A stretch of DNA of 64,000 bases from Dongia mobilis. GTDB lineage: Bacteria > Pseudomonadota > Alphaproteobacteria > Dongiales > Dongiaceae. The stretch covers positions 8,504 to 72,503 of the forward strand of contig CAMDRA010000001.1 in NCBI GenBank assembly GCA_945906275.1. Direction: 5' to 3'. The notes under the pieces are model-generated. The model saw nothing but the letters and a program-made list of their open reading frames with translations. It was not told the origin of the DNA and searched no databases. Below are positions 20,706 through 29,782 of the stretch, piece by piece (position 1 is the stretch's first letter; each line of letters starts with the position of its first letter). A program made the position numbers and the translations under genes.

Positions 20706-22079
20706 TCACGGCTTCACCGCCGCAATACTGCCGCCCAACCCGTTGATGAGCTCCGCAAAGCCCGGGAAGCTGGTGTCGATCGGACTGCCATCGTCGATGC
20801 TGACCGGCTTCTCGGCCGCCATGCCCAGCACCAGGAACGACATCGCCGGCCGGTGGTCGAGATTGACGGCGATATGGGCGCCGCCCTTGGGGCGTTTGCC
20901 ATTGCCTTTGACGGCGAGCCAGTCCGGGCCTTCCTCGACCGAGACGCCGCAGGCCGCAAGGCCCCGCGCCATGGCGCCGAGGCGGTCGCTCTCTTTGACG
21001 CGCAATTCGCCGAGGCCCAGCATTTTCGTCTCACCCTCGGCGAAGGAAGCTGCCACGGCGAGGATGGGATATTCGTCGATCATCGAAGGTGCGCGCGCGG
21101 CCGGCACCGTGACGCCCTTGAGCATCGAATGCTTGACCTTGAGGTCGCCCACTTTCTCGCCGGCTTCGATCCGCGCATTCAGGATCTCGATCGCGGCACC
21201 CATCTCGAGCAGCGTCTCGATGAGGCCGATGCGGTGCGGGTTGAGGCCGACATTCTCGATGACGATCTCGGAGCCGGGCAGGATCAGCGCCGCCACGATC
21301 GGGAAGGAGGCTGAGCTCGGATCGCCCGGCACGATGATCTTGCGGCCGGTGAGCTCCACCTGGCCGGTGATCGAAGACGCCCGCCCCTCAGGCGTTTCCT
21401 CGACCTTCACGTCGACGCCGAAGCCGCGCAGCATCAGTTCCGTATGATCGCGCGTCGCTTCCGGCTCGATGACCGTGGTGATGCCTGGCGTATTGAGGCC
21501 GGCGAGCAGAATCGCCGACTTCACCTGGGCGCTCGCCACCGGCAGCTTGTAGGTGATGGGCAGCGGCTGCGACGTGCCGATGACCGCCAGCGGCGGGCGG
21601 CCATTGGCTCGCGTGACAAAGCGGGCACCCATCAGCTGCAAGGGATCGGTCACACGCGCCATCGGTCGCGACCGCAGCGACGCATCACCGGTGAAGAAGG
21701 TCGTCATTGGATAGGGTGTGACGAGGCCCATCAGCAGGCGCGTGCCGGTCCCGGCATTACCGAGGTCCAGCACGTCGGCAGCTTCCGCGAGGCCGCCATT
21801 GCCGCGACCTCGTGCACGCCAGATGCCGTCGGCGCCCTTATCGGTTTCGCCGCCCAGCTGGCGCATGGCGCTGGCAGTGCGCAGCACGTCCTCGCCTTCC
21901 AGCAGGCCGTGAATCTCCGTTTCGCCCAGCGCCAAGGCCCCCAGCATGAGCGCGCGGTGCGAGATCGACTTGTCGCCGGGAACCCGCAGCCTGCCGCGCA
22001 ATCCTCCGCCACCGCCAGAGGTCGTGCCAGAGGTCGTGCCCGAGGTGAGGGCGCGGGGTTTCGACTCATGCTTGCTCAT
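20706..22079 (-). CDS. aroA: 3-phosphoshikimate 1-carboxyvinyltransferase (EPSP synthase)
   Basis: ORF 20706..22220 trimmed to ATG at 22079 (MSKHESK). Contains [39 protein letters not shown]. Confidence 0.93.
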   Translation of the reverse strand: MSKHESKPRALTSGTTSGTTSGGGGGLRGRLRVPGDKSISHRALMLGALALGETEIHGLLEGEDVLRTASAMRQLGGETDKGADGIWRARGRGNGGLAEAADVLDLGNAGTGTRLLMGLVTPYPMTTFFTGDASLRSRPMARVTDPLQLMGARFVTRANGRPPLAVIGTSQPLPITYKLPVASAQVKSAILLAGLNTPGITTVIEPEATRDHTELMLRGFGVDVKVEETPEGRASSITGQVELTGRKIIVPGDPSSASFPIVAALILPGSEIVIENVGLNPHRIGLIETLLEMGAAIEILNARIEAGEKVGDLKVKHSMLKGVTVPAARAPSMIDEYPILAVAASFAEGETKMLGLGELRVKESDRLGAMARGLAACGVSVEEGPDWLAVKGNGKRPKGGAHIAVNLDHRPAMSFLVLGMAAEKPVSIDDGSPIDTSFPGFAELINGLGGSIAAVKP

Positions 22080-22377
22080 GCCAGTTCCGGCCTCTCCGAA
22101 AAAACAGGCCCTCTGCAGCAGAAGGGCGCGCGTTTCTCTAGCACAGGCGGGGTGCCCGGCGTAAACCCGGATTCGGCAGAAAGGGCTGATTTCGTGCCTA
22201 TCCCCGTTTCCAGCGGCCATGCGGTAAACACAGCTTTCCGGTGGACATCCAGGCAGAAGTGGAGACTGTCTCCGCCGGCCCTCCCGCGGCCGCTCTCCGG
22301 GGCCCGCTCAGGGCGTTGACAGGCCGCAAGGGCTATGGCAATTGGCACCCCGAGATGGAATTCAGCGGAGAGATCAC

Positions 22378-22710
22378 GTGACCAAGCCGGAATGGGGCAC
22401 CAAGCGCATCTGTGGCAGCTGTGGTGCGCATTTTTACGACATGCGCAAGGCAACGATCGTCTGCCCGAAATGCAAGACGGTCTATGATCCCGACGCGGTC
22501 ATGAAAAGCCGCCGCCGCGTCGCCGAGAAGATGACGCCGGTGAAGGCCGCCGTGATCGACGATCCCGTGGTCGATGTCGAGACCGATGTCGAGGAAGAGG
22601 ATTTGGGCGATGAGGAGGATGTGGTCCTCGAGGACGCCTCCGAACTCGGCGAAGACGATGAAGATATCTCGGAAGCCATCGAGAAAGGCGAAGATGAGGG
22701 CGAACGCTGA
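22378..22710 (+). CDS. TIGR02300 (FYDLN_acid) family zinc-ribbon protein with acidic tail
   Basis: KPEWGTKRICGSCGAHFYDMRKATIVCPKCKTVYDP followed by a D/E-rich tail. GTG at 22378 is the likely start, within ORF 22342..22710. Confidence 0.75.
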   Translation: MTKPEWGTKRICGSCGAHFYDMRKATIVCPKCKTVYDPDAVMKSRRRVAEKMTPVKAAVIDDPVVDVETDVEEEDLGDEEDVVLEDASELGEDDEDISEAIEKGEDEGER

Positions 22711-22870
22711 GCGATCAGCGCCCCACTTGATAGTCGACCTTTGATATCATTGTCCTTTTTTGTGCTTGAATTCCGGGCGTCGGCCACTTAGGTTCCAGCC
22801 CGTTCGATCGCCCACCCAGAGACGGCCCCAAGGAATGATTTGGGCGCCATCCGGCGATCACCCGATCTTC

Positions 22871-22946
22871 GGGCCCATAGCTCAGCTGGGAGAGCGCCAC
22901 AATGGCATTGTGGAGGTCAGCGGTTCGATCCCGCTTGGGTCCACCA
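22871..22946 (+). tRNA. tRNA-Ala (anticodon GGC)
   Basis: 76 nt, GGGCCCATAGCTCAGCTGGGAGAGCGCCACAATGGCATTGTGGAGGTCAGCGGTTCGATCCCGCTTGGGTCCACCA. Cloverleaf folds by hand. G3:U70 Ala identity pair is present. Anticodon loop is AT-GGC-AT and the CCA is encoded. Confidence 0.93.
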
Positions 22947-22951
22947 GACAG

Positions 22952-22988
22952 AAACCCCCGCCACGAGCGATCGTGCGGGGGTTTTGTT
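22952..22988 (+). terminator. hairpin plus T-run after tRNA-Ala; copy 1 of a 37-nt direct repeat
   Basis: AAACCCCCGCCACGAGCGATCGTGCGGGGGTTTTGTTTT. Stem of about 14 bp with one bulged base and a GCGA loop, followed by T-rich sequence. Nearly identical to 24094..24130. Confidence 0.65.
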
Positions 22989-23047
22989 TTGCGATACCAA
23001 CTGGCACATCTAGGATCAGCGAGCAGCGATTAGACAATCGGGGATCC

Positions 23048-24055
23048 ATGTCGAGCGGCTTCATTATTGGCGGCTTTCGCCTACCGGCCAGAGGACATCA
23101 GCACCTCATCGACTTTGCCAGCAGTTTTTGCGCAGGCGACATTGATGTCATGATGTGCACACGGCCGGAGGACGCCATCCCGGGAGAAGTGCGACTGCGC
23201 TGGCTCACCGATTTCTTCGGCGCCAAGGCACGCATCGGCCGTTTTCACAATTCCTTGCCGGAAGACCCTGCGGAAACGCCCGATTTCTGGCAGCTCTGGA
23301 ATCATGCGATCTTGGATTTCCTCGGCGGACGCGCGCCCGATTTCGTGTTTGCATCCGAGAGCTATGGCAGGCGGCTCGCTGCAGATCTCGGCGCCCGGTT
23401 CGTTCCGGTCGATCCGGCGCGCGATTCCGTTCCGATCTCGGCGCGGCGACTCACTGCTGGCGTTTCAGAACATTGGGATATGCTGCTGCCCACGGCGCGG
23501 CCCAGTTTCCTGAAGCGGATTGCCATCATCGGCCCGGAAAGTTGCGGCAAGACGACACTCGCACGGAAGCTCGCCGCCACCTATCGGACGGTCCATGTTC
23601 CGGAATGGGCCCGGACCTATCTTGAAAACGTTGACCCAGCCAAATGCCCCGATCTTGCAGATATCGAGTTGATCGGGGCCGGCCATGCCGCGGCCGAAGA
23701 TGCCCTTGCCAGGCAGGCCAATCGGGCCATCTTCCTGGATACGGATCACATCTGTACGGCCGTCTGGTCGCGCATTGCCCTAGGCGAGGTCCCGGCCTTC
23801 GTCGACATCGAGATCAGGAAACGGCATTACGATCTCCGGCTCCTGCTCAGGGACGACGTCCCGTTTGTGCCAGACATCCTGAGATATGGCGGGAACGATC
23901 GCCAGCTGCGCTTCGACCATTTTGTCAGCGAACTCGAAGCGCGATCCCTGCCCTTTATTGTCGTCGAAGGGGGCTGGCCGGAGCGGAATGCTAGGGCCAT
24001 GGTGGCTGTTGAAGAGATCATGACTCAGCCGCTCGCATACCGCGCAACTGGCTAG
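23048..24055 (+). CDS. NadR-type NMN adenylyltransferase / ribosylnicotinamide kinase-like protein (no HTH domain)
   Basis: ORF 22760..24055 trimmed to ATG at 23048, because the upstream part overlaps the tRNA. GGFRLPARGHQHLI is an HxGH-type nucleotidyltransferase motif. The C-terminal half has P-loop GPESCGKTTLA and a NadR-like kinase region. Confidence 0.65.
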   Translation: MSSGFIIGGFRLPARGHQHLIDFASSFCAGDIDVMMCTRPEDAIPGEVRLRWLTDFFGAKARIGRFHNSLPEDPAETPDFWQLWNHAILDFLGGRAPDFVFASESYGRRLAADLGARFVPVDPARDSVPISARRLTAGVSEHWDMLLPTARPSFLKRIAIIGPESCGKTTLARKLAATYRTVHVPEWARTYLENVDPAKCPDLADIELIGAGHAAAEDALARQANRAIFLDTDHICTAVWSRIALGEVPAFVDIEIRKRHYDLRLLLRDDVPFVPDILRYGGNDRQLRFDHFVSELEARSLPFIVVEGGWPERNARAMVAVEEIMTQPLAYRATG

Positions 24056-24093
24056 GCGTCGGCACCAACTCGGGCGGGCCTTCCTGGCAACAT

Positions 24094-24130
24094 AAACCCC
24101 CGTCACGAGCGATCGTGCGGGGGTTCTGTT
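24094..24130. terminator. copy 2 of the 37-nt hairpin repeat; between the convergent nadR-like gene and the small basic ORF
   Basis: AAACCCCCGTCACGAGCGATCGTGCGGGGGTTCTGTTTG, 34/37 identical to copy 1 by hand alignment. Confidence 0.55.
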
Positions 24131-24163
24131 TGGTGGGAGAGTGGGCGCCGTTCGCGCCCCGCT

Positions 24164-24289
24164 CTACTTCTTCTTGCCGGAATAACCCGAGGAAGCCGGG
24201 TTGGAGGTGGCCGACGCAAAGCCGGTGCCGGCCGGTGCCGACTTCACCTTGTCCTGCTTCGGTTTCTTCTTTTCGCGGTTGCTCTTCAT
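24164..24289 (-). CDS. small Lys-rich basic protein (41 aa)
   Basis: ORF 24164..24358 trimmed to ATG at 24289: MKSNREKKKPKQDKVKSAPAGTGFASATSNPASSGYSGKKK. I recall similar MKSNRE..KKPK mini-proteins in alphaproteobacteria; this is from memory only. Confidence 0.45.
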   Translation of the reverse strand: MKSNREKKKPKQDKVKSAPAGTGFASATSNPASSGYSGKKK

Positions 24290-24504
24290 TTGACCTTTAG
24301 CCACGGCACGTCTCCCTGGTTGAATTCTTCCGATGCGCGGGCTTAAGCAGACGAACACCTGGCCACTGAGGGGTAGCCTCGATTGGCGGGGGCCGACGCG
24401 AGCGCGCCTTCACCATAGCGCAAGAGTGCCGGGCTGTAACCTGGACAATCCGCAGACCTTCAGGCTCCCTGCCCTGACGGGCGGCCGACCGGGGCCGGTC
24501 GACG

Positions 24505-24531
24505 TCAGGCGGCACACTGGACGCCGCCTGA
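24505..24531 (-). terminator. hairpin 10 nt downstream of the MCP stop (no clear U-tract)
   Basis: TCAGGCGGC-N9-GCCGCCTGA, a 9-bp stem read directly. A second short hairpin CGACCGG-GG-CCGGTCG lies at 24486..24502. Confidence 0.35.
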
Positions 24532-24540
24532 GGTGATGGC

Positions 24541-26109
24541 TCAGGACGCGCGCACGCGTTCGACGAAGCGGCTGATCTCGGTGCGCATGACGTCGGCCTG
24601 GCGCGAGAGATCGGATGCGGCGCCAAGCAGGCCTTCTGCAAGACGCCCTGATTCAGTCAGCGCCTCGGACACGCCCGCGATGTTCTGCGAGACATCGCGG
24701 GTGCCATCGGCCGCCTGCTGGATGCTGCGTGAGATTTCGCGGGTGGCGGCCCCCTGCTGTTCCACCGCCGCGGCGATGGTGCTGGCGATCTGGTCGATCT
24801 CGGAGATGGTGTTGGTGATGCCGCGAATGGCCGTCACCGCCTCGCCGGTGGCACCCTGAATGCTGCTGATCTGGCCGGTGATCTCCTCGGTGGCCTGCGC
24901 CGTCTGGTTGGCAAGGTTCTTCACCTCGCTTGCCACCACCGCAAAGCCCTTGCCGGCATCACCGGCGCGCGCCGCCTCGATCGTCGCATTGAGGGCGAGC
25001 AGGTTGGTCTGGTTGGCAATGTCCCGGATGAGATTGGCGACGTCGCCGATCCGCTGGCTGGCCTGCGCCAGTCCGTTGATGGTCTGATCGGTCTGCTTCG
25101 CTTCCGCCACCGCCTTCGAGGCAATGTTTGTCGATTGCGTGACCTGCTGGCTGATCTCGCTGATCGAGGCGCTGAGCTCCTCGGTCGCCGCCGCCACCGA
25201 TTGCACATTGCCGAAGGCCTGTTCCGAGGCACTCGACACAAGGGCTGCCTGGTTAGTGGTCTGGTCGGTGTTGCCGGCCATCGACTGGGCCGAGGATTGC
25301 AGCTCGACCGAGGCGGCGGACACCTGGCCCACCACATGCTGGACCGAGCTTTCGAAATTGTCCGCAAGGTCGAGCATGGTCTGGCGTTTCTCGGCGCGGG
25401 CACGTTCGTCCTGTGCCGCGCGTTCGAGCGCCAATTGATCCATGGCGAGCGCGTTATCCTTGAACACGGCAAGGGCCCGGGCGAGTGCGCCCATCTCGGC
25501 CTTGTTCTCGGTGCCCTCGATGGTGATGCTCTTGTCGCCGTCAGCCAGCCGCATCATGTTGCCGGTGGTGCGCGCCAGCGGCCGCGAGATGCTGCGGGCG
25601 ATCACGAAACTGATGAGCGCCGTCAGCAGCATGATGCCGACGACGATGCCGCCCTGGGTAAGCATCTGCTCCATGAAGATCTTGTTGACGTCATCGACAT
25701 AGATGCCCGAGCCGATGATCCAGCCCCAGGGCGCATAGCCTTTGACATAGGAGATTTTCGGCACCGCCTGCTCGGCACCCGGCTGTGGCCACAGATAGTC
25801 GACGAAGCCAGTACCATAGGCTTTCACCACGTCGACCATCTCGACGAACAAGTGCTTGCCGTTGGGATCGGCCATGACAGCAGCCTTGGCGGCATCTTCG
25901 GTCAGGGTTCCGGCCTTGGCCTTTTCGGCATAATCGGCGATGACGCCATAGGCGACCTCGACCACATGCTGGGTCTTGATCTTGCGGTCCTGCAGCAACG
26001 TGGCACGAATCTCATAGGCTGAGAGGACACCGATTGCGATCATGCCAATGATCGCCGCCAGCACGACAGCCCCTAGTCTGGTGCCAATGCGCAGGTTCTG
26101 AAACCGCAT
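24541..26109 (-). CDS. methyl-accepting chemotaxis protein with periplasmic Cache-like sensor
   Basis: ORF 24541..26142 trimmed to ATG at 26109. TM-sensor-TM-HAMP layout, then the conserved signalling hairpin [32 protein letters not shown]. Confidence 0.9.
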   Translation of the reverse strand: MRFQNLRIGTRLGAVVLAAIIGMIAIGVLSAYEIRATLLQDRKIKTQHVVEVAYGVIADYAEKAKAGTLTEDAAKAAVMADPNGKHLFVEMVDVVKAYGTGFVDYLWPQPGAEQAVPKISYVKGYAPWGWIIGSGIYVDDVNKIFMEQMLTQGGIVVGIMLLTALISFVIARSISRPLARTTGNMMRLADGDKSITIEGTENKAEMGALARALAVFKDNALAMDQLALERAAQDERARAEKRQTMLDLADNFESSVQHVVGQVSAASVELQSSAQSMAGNTDQTTNQAALVSSASEQAFGNVQSVAAATEELSASISEISQQVTQSTNIASKAVAEAKQTDQTINGLAQASQRIGDVANLIRDIANQTNLLALNATIEAARAGDAGKGFAVVASEVKNLANQTAQATEEITGQISSIQGATGEAVTAIRGITNTISEIDQIASTIAAAVEQQGAATREISRSIQQAADGTRDVSQNIAGVSEALTESGRLAEGLLGAASDLSRQADVMRTEISRFVERVRAS

Positions 26110-26240
26110 GCCCCAACTCCTCAGAGTTAATTCCTGTTCCAAGGCATTCTAATGAGGGAGCACCTAATTCTTGATTAGGTCATTCGGCTGTTTTGTGGGT
26201 CTTTTTTCTCAATCCACCGACACTTACCCGCAAGGCGCGC

Positions 26241-26522
26241 TCACTTTTTCTTCAGCAGAGAGTTCACGGTCGTGGGCGCCATTTTCGGCGTTTCACAACT
26301 GGCGAGATGGCCGACGAAGGCACAGGTGATTTTTGTGCCGTTCGGCAAGGTGCAGGTGGCGCCGGTATCAGCGTGGTACGACATCGTGCCACCCTGCGCC
26401 CCACAATTGGCCTGGAACTGCCCAGGTGTCAGCTCCACCGTCACATTCTTGGCAAAGGCGGTCGACGCCGCGATGGCGGCGAGGCCGGTTATCGTCAGGC
26501 AAGCGAGCAATGTTCTGGTCAT
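26241..26522 (-). CDS. small secreted Cys-containing protein (hypothetical)
   Basis: ORF 26241..26627 trimmed to ATG at 26522, which has GGAGG upstream. Signal peptide MTRTLLACLTITGLAAIAASTAFA. The mature part has 4 Cys. Confidence 0.5.
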   Translation of the reverse strand: MTRTLLACLTITGLAAIAASTAFAKNVTVELTPGQFQANCGAQGGTMSYHADTGATCTLPNGTKITCAFVGHLASCETPKMAPTTVNSLLKKK

Positions 26523-26697
26523 CGAAGCCTCCATTGAGCATGTCCCCATCAGAACGATGGTCGCGTCTGCGGTCGTAAGCAAGTGGGCTTCATGCGGGTT
26601 GTGATGAAGCGCACAGTCGGATGGCATGGTTCACCGGGTTGTGAAAGCGATCCGCGGCCCTTGCCATCCGCCGCCGGGGTGCTAATTGGACCGAGAT

Positions 26698-26745
26698 GGC
26701 AAATGGGACGACCCGTTTGCCCCATGCCTTGCGGGGACGGCCTCG
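26698..26745 (+). promoter_or_regulatory. candidate guanidine-II (mini-ykkC) riboswitch: two hairpins with ACGR tetraloops
   Basis: Hairpin 1: GGCAAATGGG-ACGA-CCCGTTTGCC (26698..26721, 10 bp including one G.U). Hairpin 2: CGGGG-ACGG-CCTCG (26732..26745). There is a 10-nt linker. SD GGGAG lies at 26755 and the sugE ATG at 26766. Confidence 0.6.
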
Positions 26746-26765
26746 GCTTTTATCGGGAGTTGTCC

Positions 26766-27086
26766 ATGTCCTGGATTATTCTTGCCGTCGCCGGTCTTCT
26801 CGAAATCGGCTGGGCTGTCGGCCTCAAATACACCGGAGGTTTCACCCACCCCCTTCCCACTGTGCTGACGGCACTGTCGATGGTGGCCAGCATCGCGCTG
26901 CTGGGGCTTGCCCTGCGGCATTTGCCGCTCGGCACCGCCTATGCGGTGTGGACCGGCATCGGCACGGTCGGCACGGCCATCTTCGGCATGATGGTACTGA
27001 AGGAGCCAGCCGATCCCATGCGGATCATCTGCATCGCCCTCATCGTATTCGGCATCGCTGGGCTGAAGCTGACGGTGAAGTCCTAA
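26766..27086 (+). CDS. sugE: SMR-family guanidinium exporter (SugE/Gdx type)
   Basis: ORF 26583..27086 trimmed to ATG at 26766. MSWIILAVAGLLEIGWAVGLKYTGGF..GTAYAVWTGIGTVGTAIFG is the SugE-subtype SMR sequence, with 4 TM segments over 106 aa. Confidence 0.88.
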   Translation: MSWIILAVAGLLEIGWAVGLKYTGGFTHPLPTVLTALSMVASIALLGLALRHLPLGTAYAVWTGIGTVGTAIFGMMVLKEPADPMRIICIALIVFGIAGLKLTVKS

Positions 27087-27091
27087 GAAAC

Positions 27092-27625
27092 TTAAGGCAC
27101 CAGCAGCAGGGCCGCGTCGCGGTGGCCCTTGAACTCGGCGATCTGCTGCGGGATGCCGCCGCGATACATCTTTGCGCGCTTGTCGGCGCCATGCTTGAGC
27201 AAGGTCTTGATGGCATCGATCGCGCCAGCTTCGGCGGCGTGATGCAGGGGCGTGAATCGGGTCCGGTTCTGCGATTCCAGATTGGCACCGGCGGCCAGCA
27301 GAACGTCGATCACCGCGGACTGGTTGTTGAGAGCCGCGTAATTGAGCGCGCGACGGCCGTTCTTGTTCTCTGAGAAATCGATCCCTTCAATGTCCGCGCC
27401 GGCCGTCAGGGCGGCCTTGACACCCGCCACGTCACCCGTCTCCGCGGCGCGCCACAGATCCTTGGTGGCCTGGCTCGCCGGCTGGTCCGGGATATCGAGA
27501 CGACCGAGACCGGTGTTTGCGCCACCACTCGGTCCGGCGCAGGCCGTGAGCAGCAGCGACCCGGCACCGAGGACACTCACGGACAAGAAGCCAGTCAATA
27601 AGCGGCGTCGTGTATTGCAAATCAT
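27092..27625 (-). CDS. ankyrin-repeat lipoprotein
   Basis: ORF 27092..27706 trimmed to ATG at 27625. Lipobox LLLTAC. Ankyrin repeats (GRRALNYAALNNQSAVIDVLLAAGANLE, TPLHHAAEAGAIDAIKTLLKHGAD). Confidence 0.75.
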   Translation of the reverse strand: MICNTRRRLLTGFLSVSVLGAGSLLLTACAGPSGGANTGLGRLDIPDQPASQATKDLWRAAETGDVAGVKAALTAGADIEGIDFSENKNGRRALNYAALNNQSAVIDVLLAAGANLESQNRTRFTPLHHAAEAGAIDAIKTLLKHGADKRAKMYRGGIPQQIAEFKGHRDAALLLVP

Positions 27626-27866
27626 CTGATTCCCACGAATTTCATGTCCTTGTAATACTTTAGCGCTTGAAACCGCACACGCAAGTGGGTTCCGGTGCAA
27701 GCACACCTTGATTTCTTAACCTAGATTACTATTTCCCCCTCTAAGGTGCCCTGTAGGGCGGAACACCGCCGCAAGCGACGGGTTTGCCAATTGGGACCGG
27801 AGGACGGTGCGCCGCTTGCGGGCGCCGGATGACGAGGGTTCAAGCGCTCGCTCGAAAGGAGGGGCC

Positions 27867-28364
27867 ATGTCACGATTGTCGCTCTTCAATAGCCCGCTCC
27901 TGCTGGGTTTCGACCATTTCGAGCGCACGCTCGACCGCGTCGCGAAGGCGGGTGCCGAAGGCTATCCCCCCTATAACATCGAGCAGGTCAGCGACTATCG
28001 CCTGCGCATCACGCTGGCTGTCGCTGGCTTCGCCATCGAGGATCTCGAGATCCAGCTGGAAGACAATCAGCTCACCATCCGCGGAAAGCAGAAGGACGAT
28101 CCTGCGCGCGTCTTCATCTATCGCGGCATCGCCGCGCGCCAGTTCCAGCGCAGCTTTGTCCTGGCTGAAGGTATCGAGGTGGCGGGCGCCACACTCGACA
28201 ACGGGCTGCTCGCGATCGATCTCGACCGGCCAAGGATCGAAACGCAGATTCGCACCGTACCGATCAAGCGGGCCGGCGCCGACGAAACCGGCGGCCGCAA
28301 GACCGAAGGCCGTGTCGCCATTGACGGCAACCATGCCGCTCAACATGCGCCACGAGAGGAGTGA
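27867..28364 (+). CDS. Hsp20/IbpA-family small heat-shock protein
   Basis: ORF 27807..28364 trimmed to ATG at 27867, which has AAGGAGGGG upstream. Alpha-crystallin core YPPYNIEQVSDYRLRITLAVAGFAIEDLEIQLEDNQLTIRG. Confidence 0.88.
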   Translation: MSRLSLFNSPLLLGFDHFERTLDRVAKAGAEGYPPYNIEQVSDYRLRITLAVAGFAIEDLEIQLEDNQLTIRGKQKDDPARVFIYRGIAARQFQRSFVLAEGIEVAGATLDNGLLAIDLDRPRIETQIRTVPIKRAGADETGGRKTEGRVAIDGNHAAQHAPREE

Positions 28365-28368
28365 GATC

Positions 28369-28602
28369 ATGACCAAGACCGAAACCAAGACGGATATCGA
28401 ATCGGCCCGCGAGATCACGCGCCAGCAATTGCTGGCACTCGGCCTCAACGATGTGGCCTATGTGCGTGATGTCGATGTCGATGGTGCCACCGCCTTCGGC
28501 ATTTTCGCCGCCAACGGCCAGCAGCTGGCCATCATGCCCGACCGGGAAGCGGCAATCGCCGCCGCCTGGGAAAACGGCCTGGCACCCGTGACCTTGCACT
28601 AA
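28369..28602 (+). CDS. DUF1150 family protein (usual hsp20 partner)
   Basis: In-frame ATG at 28369 within ORF 27784..28602. MTKTETK...NDVAYVRDVDVDGATAFGIFAANGQQLAIMPDREAAIAAAWENGLAPVTLH resembles DUF1150 proteins that follow hsp20 in Rhizobiales (from memory). Confidence 0.7.
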   Translation: MTKTETKTDIESAREITRQQLLALGLNDVAYVRDVDVDGATAFGIFAANGQQLAIMPDREAAIAAAWENGLAPVTLH

Positions 28603-28607
28603 CGACA

Positions 28608-28631
28608 AACGCCCCGATATTGCGGGGCGTT
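28608..28631. terminator. bidirectional hairpin between the convergent DUF1150 gene and ptsN
   Basis: AACGCCCCG-ATATTG-CGGGGCGTT, a 9-bp GC-rich stem read directly from the sequence. Confidence 0.55.
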
Positions 28632-28660
28632 GTCAGAGAGTGGCTGGATCGGCGGGATGG

Positions 28661-29128
28661 CTACGCGGCGTGCGAATGCGCCCCGTCCGTCAACAGCGCA
28701 TAGATCGCATCAGCCTGGTCGGTGCCGCGCAGCTTTTCGCAGATCGTCCGGTCGCGCAGCAAGCGCGAGACCAGCGCCAGAGCCTTGAGATGATCCGCAC
28801 CGGCACCTTCCGGCGCCAGCAGCAGAAAAATGAGATCGACCGGCTGTTCGTCGATCGCATCGAAATCGATCGGCGTTTCAAGCCGGCCGAACAGGCCGAA
28901 CATCTTCTTGGCCTCGGGCAACTTGCCATGTGGAATGGCGATGCCGTTGCCAACACCCGTGGTGCCGAGGCGCTCCCGCTCCAGCAACACATCGAAAATG
29001 GCGCGCTCTTGCAGGCCGGAAAGTTCGGCCGCGCGTCGCGCCATGTCCTGCAAAGCCTGTTTCTTGTTGCTGGCTTTCAATCGCGCCAAAACATTCGCCG
29101 GATTTGAGAGCAGATCTTCGATTTCCAT
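28661..29128 (-). CDS. ptsN: PTS IIA-like nitrogen regulatory protein (EIIA-Ntr)
   Basis: LLERERLGTTGVGNGIAIPHGKL motif with the phospho-His. Lies in the rpoN-hpf-ptsN order. Confidence 0.92.
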   Translation of the reverse strand: MEIEDLLSNPANVLARLKASNKKQALQDMARRAAELSGLQERAIFDVLLERERLGTTGVGNGIAIPHGKLPEAKKMFGLFGRLETPIDFDAIDEQPVDLIFLLLAPEGAGADHLKALALVSRLLRDRTICEKLRGTDQADAIYALLTDGAHSHAA

Positions 29129-29185
29129 TTTTGCCTCTTACACGCCGCCCGGGCGGAAACCCGGGGGCGTCGGAAAGAAACGCGA

Positions 29186-29782
29186 CTATTGGCGCGTACC
29201 GGCTTCGAGGCCGGGATCGACCCAGCCGATATTGCCGTCATTGCGTCGGTAGACCATGTTGAGCCCACCATGGGCTCGATTGAGAAACATCATGGCCTGT
29301 TGATTGGCGAGATCGAGGCGCATGACCGCCTCACCCACCGTGAGCGTTGGAATGGTGGTCTGCATCTCTGCGACCACTACGGGATGCGCTTCCCAGTTGC
29401 CATGAGCGACCTCGGACTCCTCGCCCTCGTCGGCCTCGGCCGCCAGCACGGTATATTGCGAAACACGGCGGTCTTCCGTCTCGGCGCGATGATGATCGCG
29501 CAGGCGTCGCTTGTATCGGCGCAGGCGCTTGGCCAGCGTTTCGGCAGCCATGTCATAGGCGGAATTCGCCTGGTCGGCTTCGCCTTCCGATTGCAGCAGG
29601 ATGCCGCGCCCGACATGGACGGAGATCTGCGCAGTAAAGAGATTCGCCTGCTTCGACATCGTGACGTTGGCTTCGATCGGATTCGAGAAATACTTCCCGA
29701 AGATATGATCGAGGCTTTCGGAGGCGCGCGTCTTCAACGCATCGCCAACATCGATGTTCTTACCTTTGACGGTCAGGTTCAT
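29186..29782 (-). CDS. hpf: ribosome hibernation promoting factor (long form)
   Basis: MNLTVKGKNIDVGDALKTRA.. (S30AE N-domain) plus the C-terminal dimerisation domain (MTVGEAVMRLDL..FLN...NMVYRRNDGNIGWV). Directly downstream of rpoN. Confidence 0.9.
   Translation of the reverse strand: MNLTVKGKNIDVGDALKTRASESLDHIFGKYFSNPIEANVTMSKQANLFTAQISVHVGRGILLQSEGEADQANSAYDMAAETLAKRLRRYKRRLRDHHRAETEDRRVSQYTVLAAEADEGEESEVAHGNWEAHPVVVAEMQTTIPTLTVGEAVMRLDLANQQAMMFLNRAHGGLNMVYRRNDGNIGWVDPGLEAGTRQ

Noticed and set aside
22871-24130. tRNA-Ala-adjacent segment considered as an integrative genomic island.
   Set aside because: It holds a single cargo gene with no integrase or excisionase, and the repeats do not include the tRNA 3' end. 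I kept it as a finding (duplicated hairpin) but did not call it a mobile element.
27740-27866. ROSE-type RNA thermometer in the hsp20 leader.
   Set aside because: ROSE elements occlude the SD with a nearby U(U/C)GCU-containing strand. I found hairpins in the leader, but no segment close to the SD (AAGGAGGGG at about 27856) that pairs with it. The only complementary run (CCCCCTCT at 27735) is about 120 nt away.
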